Assembly (NCBI GenBank): GCA_963705985.1
Contig: CAVPLK010000006.1
Span: 347,067 to 411,066 of the forward strand
Source of the DNA: an uncultured Gemmatimonadales bacterium
Lineage (GTDB): Bacteria; Gemmatimonadota; Gemmatimonadetes; Gemmatimonadales; GWC2-71-9
DNA: 64,000 bases
Reading direction: 5' to 3'
Under the pieces are notes generated by a model. The model was not told the DNA's origin. It ran no database searches and saw only the letters and a list, made by a program, of their open reading frames with translations. This document shows positions 60,277 through 64,000 of the stretch, piece by piece. The position numbers were made by a program, and so were the translations under genes. Position 1 is the stretch's first letter, and each line of letters starts with the position of its first letter.

Positions 60277-62482
60277 GTGGCCGGGCAGGTGTTACCCGGC
60301 GGGATTTCGTGAAAGCGGCTGCGGCCGCCGGCACGGGGTTGACCCTGGCCGTCTACTTCCAGGGGTGTGGCAACGGGGCGCCCGCGGCGCCGGAGGGCGT
60401 GTTCGCCCCCGACGCCTTCCTGCGACTCGCTCCCGACGGCACGGTGACGGTGGTGATCGGCCGATCGGAAATGGGGCAGGGCCCGACGACCGGCCTGGCC
60501 ATGGTGCTCGCGGAGGAGCTCGATTGCGACTGGAGCCGAGTCGGGTTTGTGCAGGGTCCAGCCGCGAAGGCCTATCTACAACCCGGCGATGCAGGCCCAG
60601 GTGACCGGTGGGAGCACCAGCATCCGGACGGGGTGGCTCCCGATGCGCGAGGCGGGTGCCACCGCGCGTGCGATGCTGGTCGCGGCCGCGGCCGGGCGGT
60701 GGGGAATTCCCGCGGCCTCCTGCAGCACCGCGGCCGGCCGGGTCCACAACGACGTCACGGGCGAGGAACTCGAGTACGGCGCGCTGGTGGCGGAGGCCAG
60801 TGCGCTGCCGCTCCCGAAGGATGTGCCACTCAAGGATCCGAAGGAGTTCCGGATCATCGGCACGTCGCGGGACCGGCTCGACAACCCGGACAAGGTGCGC
60901 GGGGTGGCGACCTTCGGGATCGACGTCCGGCTGCCGCGGATGGCATACGCGTCTGTCGAGCGGTGCCCCGTGGCGGGGGGGCAGGTAGGCGGGGTGGCAG
61001 GGGAGGCAGAGGCGTTGGCGACCACGGGTGTGCTGAGGGTGGTCCGGCTGAAGGATCGGGTCGCCGTGGTCGCGGAGCATTACTGGCAGGCGGTGAAGGG
61101 AAGGCGCGCGCTCGACATCACCTGGGACGAGGGCGCCGGGGCGCGAACTCTCCAGTGCCCGGATCGCCGAGCAACTGCAGTCGCTGCTGGTGTCGGACAA
61201 GGCGCGGGTGGCGCGCGAGGTGGGCGATGCGGAGGGCCTGCTCGCGCAGAGCCACAGTACGATTCACGCGAGCTATGAGGCGCCCTACCTGGCCCACGCC
61301 ACGATGGAACCGCAGAACTGCACCGCCTGGGTGCACGACGGCCAGGTGGAGGTCTGGGCGCCGACCCAGTTCCAGATGGGCCCCGGATTTCTCAACAAGG
61401 GGGGAGCGCGCGGGGTGGCGGCGGACGCCGCCGGCGTGTCGACGGACGACGTCACCATCAACACCACCTTCCTGGGCGGCGGCTTCGGCCGGCGGCTGGA
61501 GGTGGACTATGTGACTGAGGCGGTCCAGGTCGCAGCGCAGCTCGATCGACCGGTCCAGGTCATCTGGAGCCGGGAAGACGACACCCGGCACGACTTCTAT
61601 CGGCCAACGACCGCGCACGCCCTCTCGGCGGTGCTGGGGCCGGACGGCATGCCGCAGGCCTGGCGGCAGCGCATCGCCTGCCAGTCGATCATCCGGAACT
61701 GGGTGCCGGGGTGGGTGCCCGACTTCGCGATGAGCCTGACCGGCGCGCTCGAGCACGGCGTGGACCCCTCTGCGGTGGAGGGGTCGGCCGACCTCCCCTA
61801 TGCGGTGCCGAACATCCTGGTCGACTGGCGGGAACTCACGCTGCCGGTGCCCGTGGGCTTCTGGCGCTCGGTGGGCCACTCCCAGAATTCCTTCGTGACC
61901 GAGAGCTTCGTCGACGAGCTCGCGGCGGCGGCGGGGCAGGATGCTGTGGCCTACCGCCGGGCGCTGCTCAAGGACGAGCCGCGCATGCTGGCGGTGCTCG
62001 AGCTGGCAGCCACGAGGGCGGAGTGGGGCAGCCCGGTCCCCGCCGGACGGGCGCGGGGCGTGGCGATCGTGCGTTCCTTCGGCAGCATCGTGGCGGAGGT
62101 CGCGGAGGTGTCGGTCTCACCGGCGGGGGTCATCCAGGTGCACCGGGTGACGTGCGCGGTGGATTGCGGCACGCCGGTCAACCCGGGGCTGATCACGGCA
62201 CAGATGCAGGGTGGAGTCGTCTTCGGGCTTACCGCCGCACTGCATGGGGAGATCACCATCGCCAAGGGGCGGGTGCTGCAGAGCAACTTCTATGATTACG
62301 AAATGGTGCGGATGCCGGAGGCGCCGGTGGTCGCGGTGCACATCGTGCCGAGCGCGGAGCCGCCGGGTGGGGTGGGGGAACCGGGTGTGCCACCGATCGC
62401 GCCGGCGGTGGCGAATGCGGTGTTCGCATTGACGGGGGAGCGGCTGCGACGGTTGCCGCTGCGCCCTGGAGCTCGTGGCTGA
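60273..62482 (+). pseudogene. molybdopterin-dependent oxidoreductase large subunit (IorB-like), two frame changes
   Basis: Tat signal TRRDFVKAAAAAG (frame of ORF 60081), then ORF 60547..61278 (IYNPAMQAQVTGGSTSIRTGW), then ORF 61190..62482 (AHATMEPQNCTA...GGGFGRR...EPGVPPIAPAV). Switches near 60568-60575 and 61140-61147. Confidence 0.8.
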
Positions 62483-62519
62483 AGCCACGGCTCTGAAGCG
62501 ACACGGCTTCCCTCCCGCT

Positions 62520-62551
62520 CGTCACCCCCGCGAAAGCGGGGGTCCAGCGTG
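62520..62551 (+). repeat. REP-like family 1, half copy
   Basis: CGTCACCCCCGCGAAAGCGGGGGTCCAGCGTG, identical to the first hairpin of the copy at 57122. Confidence 0.75.
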
Positions 62552-62577
62552 TCCAACAACCCCATGCGCGGGCTCAT

Positions 62578-62614
62578 CGACCGGGGTGGGCATATGCCCA
62601 CCCCTATTCAAACG
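62578..62614 (+). repeat. REP-like family 2 copy
   Basis: CGACCGGGGTGGGCATATGCCCACCCCTATTCAAACG contains the perfect palindrome GGGGTGGGCATATGCCCACCCC. Confidence 0.75.
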
Positions 62615-62683
62615 GGTTCAACCAGACGTGCCAGATGAGGCGATCACCCCGGTTGAGGGCTCCGTGAGCGCTGCCTCCCTGAT

Positions 62684-62750
62684 CGTCACCCCGGCGAAAG
62701 CCGGGGTCCAGTGTTGTGGCCTCTGGATTCCCGCTTGCGCGGGAATGACG
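62684..62750 (+). repeat. REP-like family 1, full copy
   Basis: CGTCACCCCGGCGAAAGCCGGGGTCCAGTG...CTGGATTCCCGCTTGCGCGGGAATGACG. Confidence 0.8.
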
Positions 62751-62783
62751 GGAAGGCGACCTTCGGCCCCGCTGTCCGCGCCG

Positions 62784-63413
62784 TTACGCCGTGACCAATC
62801 CCAACCCCAGCGCCGTCGCCGCCTTCACGCCTTCCTGCATTCGCTCCTCCGCGCCGGGGAGCATCATCCCTTCGGCCGCGACGATCGACACGTCCTCGAT
62901 CCCCATGAAGCCGAGCAGGGTGCGGAGGTGGGGCTCGAGGTGGTTGTACTCTGCTTTGCCCGATTCCGGACTGTAATCGAAGCCGCGGGTGATGACGGCG
63001 TATGCGGGGCGCCCGCCGAGGAGGCCGGTGGCGCCCTCGGCGCCGAGGGAGAAGGTCCAGCCCGGGCGGATGATGAGGTCGAAATAGTGCTTCAGCGCGT
63101 AGGGGAGGCCGAAGTTCCACATCGGGGTGACGAAGAGGTAGGCGTCGGCGGCGATGAACTGGGTCACCAGCTTGTCGAGCGCGCGGCGCCGCTGGGCCAG
63201 GAACTCCTCCGGCCACGCGGACGGCTGGTCGAAGAGGACGGCGACCATCGGGTCGTCCAGCGGCGGAAGTTCCAGCTGGGTGAGGTCGAGGGTCTCGACG
63301 CGGTCGGTCGGGTGCACCGTCTCCCAGCCCTGCAGGAAGGCGTCGGCCAGCTTGCGGGTCTGGGAATTCCCGTTCTGGTGCGGCGTGGCGATGATCTGGA
63401 GCAGCGTGGACAC
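62784..63413 (-). CDS. azoR: FMN-dependent NADH-azoreductase / flavodoxin-like quinone reductase
   Basis: GTG start. STLLQIIATPH...SQTRKLADAF...FVTPMWNFGLPYALKHYFD fits the AzoR family pattern. Confidence 0.8.
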   Translation of the reverse strand: MSTLLQIIATPHQNGNSQTRKLADAFLQGWETVHPTDRVETLDLTQLELPPLDDPMVAVLFDQPSAWPEEFLAQRRRALDKLVTQFIAADAYLFVTPMWNFGLPYALKHYFDLIIRPGWTFSLGAEGATGLLGGRPAYAVITRGFDYSPESGKAEYNHLEPHLRTLLGFMGIEDVSIVAAEGMMLPGAEERMQEGVKAATALGLGLVTA

Positions 63414-63628
63414 GCGGACCTCCGGTCGAATGGCGCAGGGGGCGATGACATTTACGCTAGCGGTCGCTCGTTGAATGCGGCGTGACGTGGGGGTGAAGAG
63501 AGGTTCATGCGGAATTGTCCCGGGCGGCCTCATCCTGGCCTTATTGTACCAGGGCGAACGCGTGCAGCATGCGGGTCCCCGCCGGAGACGGCACTCCGCA
63601 CCGAACGCGGGATACGAGGGGCGCTCAG

Positions 63629-64000
63629 ATGACCTGGCACGTCGAGTCCGTGGCGAGTGTGGCGATCGCCGTCGCCACCGACGTCACTTCGGGATTGCCC
63701 GGATCGGAGGCAGCCCGCCGGCTGGCTGCGGACGGTCCCAACACCCTCGTCACCCGGCGCGGGCCCGGGCCGCTTCGGAGGTTCCTGGCGCAGTTTGCCG
63801 ACGTCCTGGTGATCCTGCTGCTCCTGGCCGCGGCGGTGGCGGGTGCCGTCGGCGAACCCGTTGATGCCGCGGCCATTCTCGCGATCGTCGTGCTCAATGC
63901 CACCTTCGGATTCCTGCACGAGCGCCGCGCCGAGCGGTCGCTCGCCGCCCTGCGCGCGCGCTCGGCGCTGCGCGCCCGGGTCCGGCGCGACGGCAGGGTA
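63629..64000 (+). CDS. cation-transporting P-type ATPase, N-terminal fragment (runs off the window)
   Basis: Open frame from ATG 63629 to the window end. GLPGSEAARRLAADGPNTL...LRRFLAQFADVLVILLLLAA is typical of the Cation_ATPase_N segment and TM1. Confidence 0.7.
   Translation, partial: MTWHVESVASVAIAVATDVTSGLPGSEAARRLAADGPNTLVTRRGPGPLRRFLAQFADVLVILLLLAAAVAGAVGEPVDAAAILAIVVLNATFGFLHERRAERSLAALRARSALRARVRRDGRV

Overview
Very GC-rich bacterial chromosomal window. Protein content and signal-peptide style suggest Gemmatimonadota or a similar lineage, but that is inference only. Genes are densely packed and mostly housekeeping or envelope functions. I see no rRNA, tRNA, CRISPR array, integrase or transposase. 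Recognisable content, in order: a large PIG-L-type deacetylase; an Fe(III)-type ABC importer, an MFS pump and PepF, chained by overlapping stop/start codons; infA and a cold-shock gene; a minus-strand run holding a tandem pseudokinase-kinase, a CGNR zinc-finger protein, a GAF-GGDEF cyclase, a degenerate HD protein, queE, queC and two paralogous cupredoxin-like lipoproteins; M1, M50, M28 and M6 peptidases; speA; gltA; a 929-aa Ser/Thr kinase with TPR repeats; a tetR / acyl-CoA dehydrogenase / queF string; dinB; a molybdate/tungstate-type ABC pair; ferritin; a complete Alternative Complex III operon (actABCDEF); an ECF sigma/anti-sigma pair; an auracyanin-like blue copper lipoprotein; a four-gene cluster (alpha-oxoamine synthase, large GNAT, SDR reductase, PAP2) that matches the bacterial ceramide pathway; an IorAB-type molybdoenzyme; azoR; and the 5' end of a P-type ATPase. 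Three things stand out. (1) speA is broken by roughly twenty frame changes in 2 kb, and at least eight other conserved genes carry 1-2 frame changes, nearly all of the extra-base (+1) type. This needs read-level verification before anything is called a pseudogene. (2) The spt / bCerS-like / CerR-like / PAP2 cluster is a candidate sphingolipid locus. (3) Several intergenic palindromic repeat families and GC-rich octamer tandem repeats sit at gene 3' ends and partly encode protein C-terminal tails. Many long ORFs in the six-frame track are GC-driven antisense artefacts and were not called.
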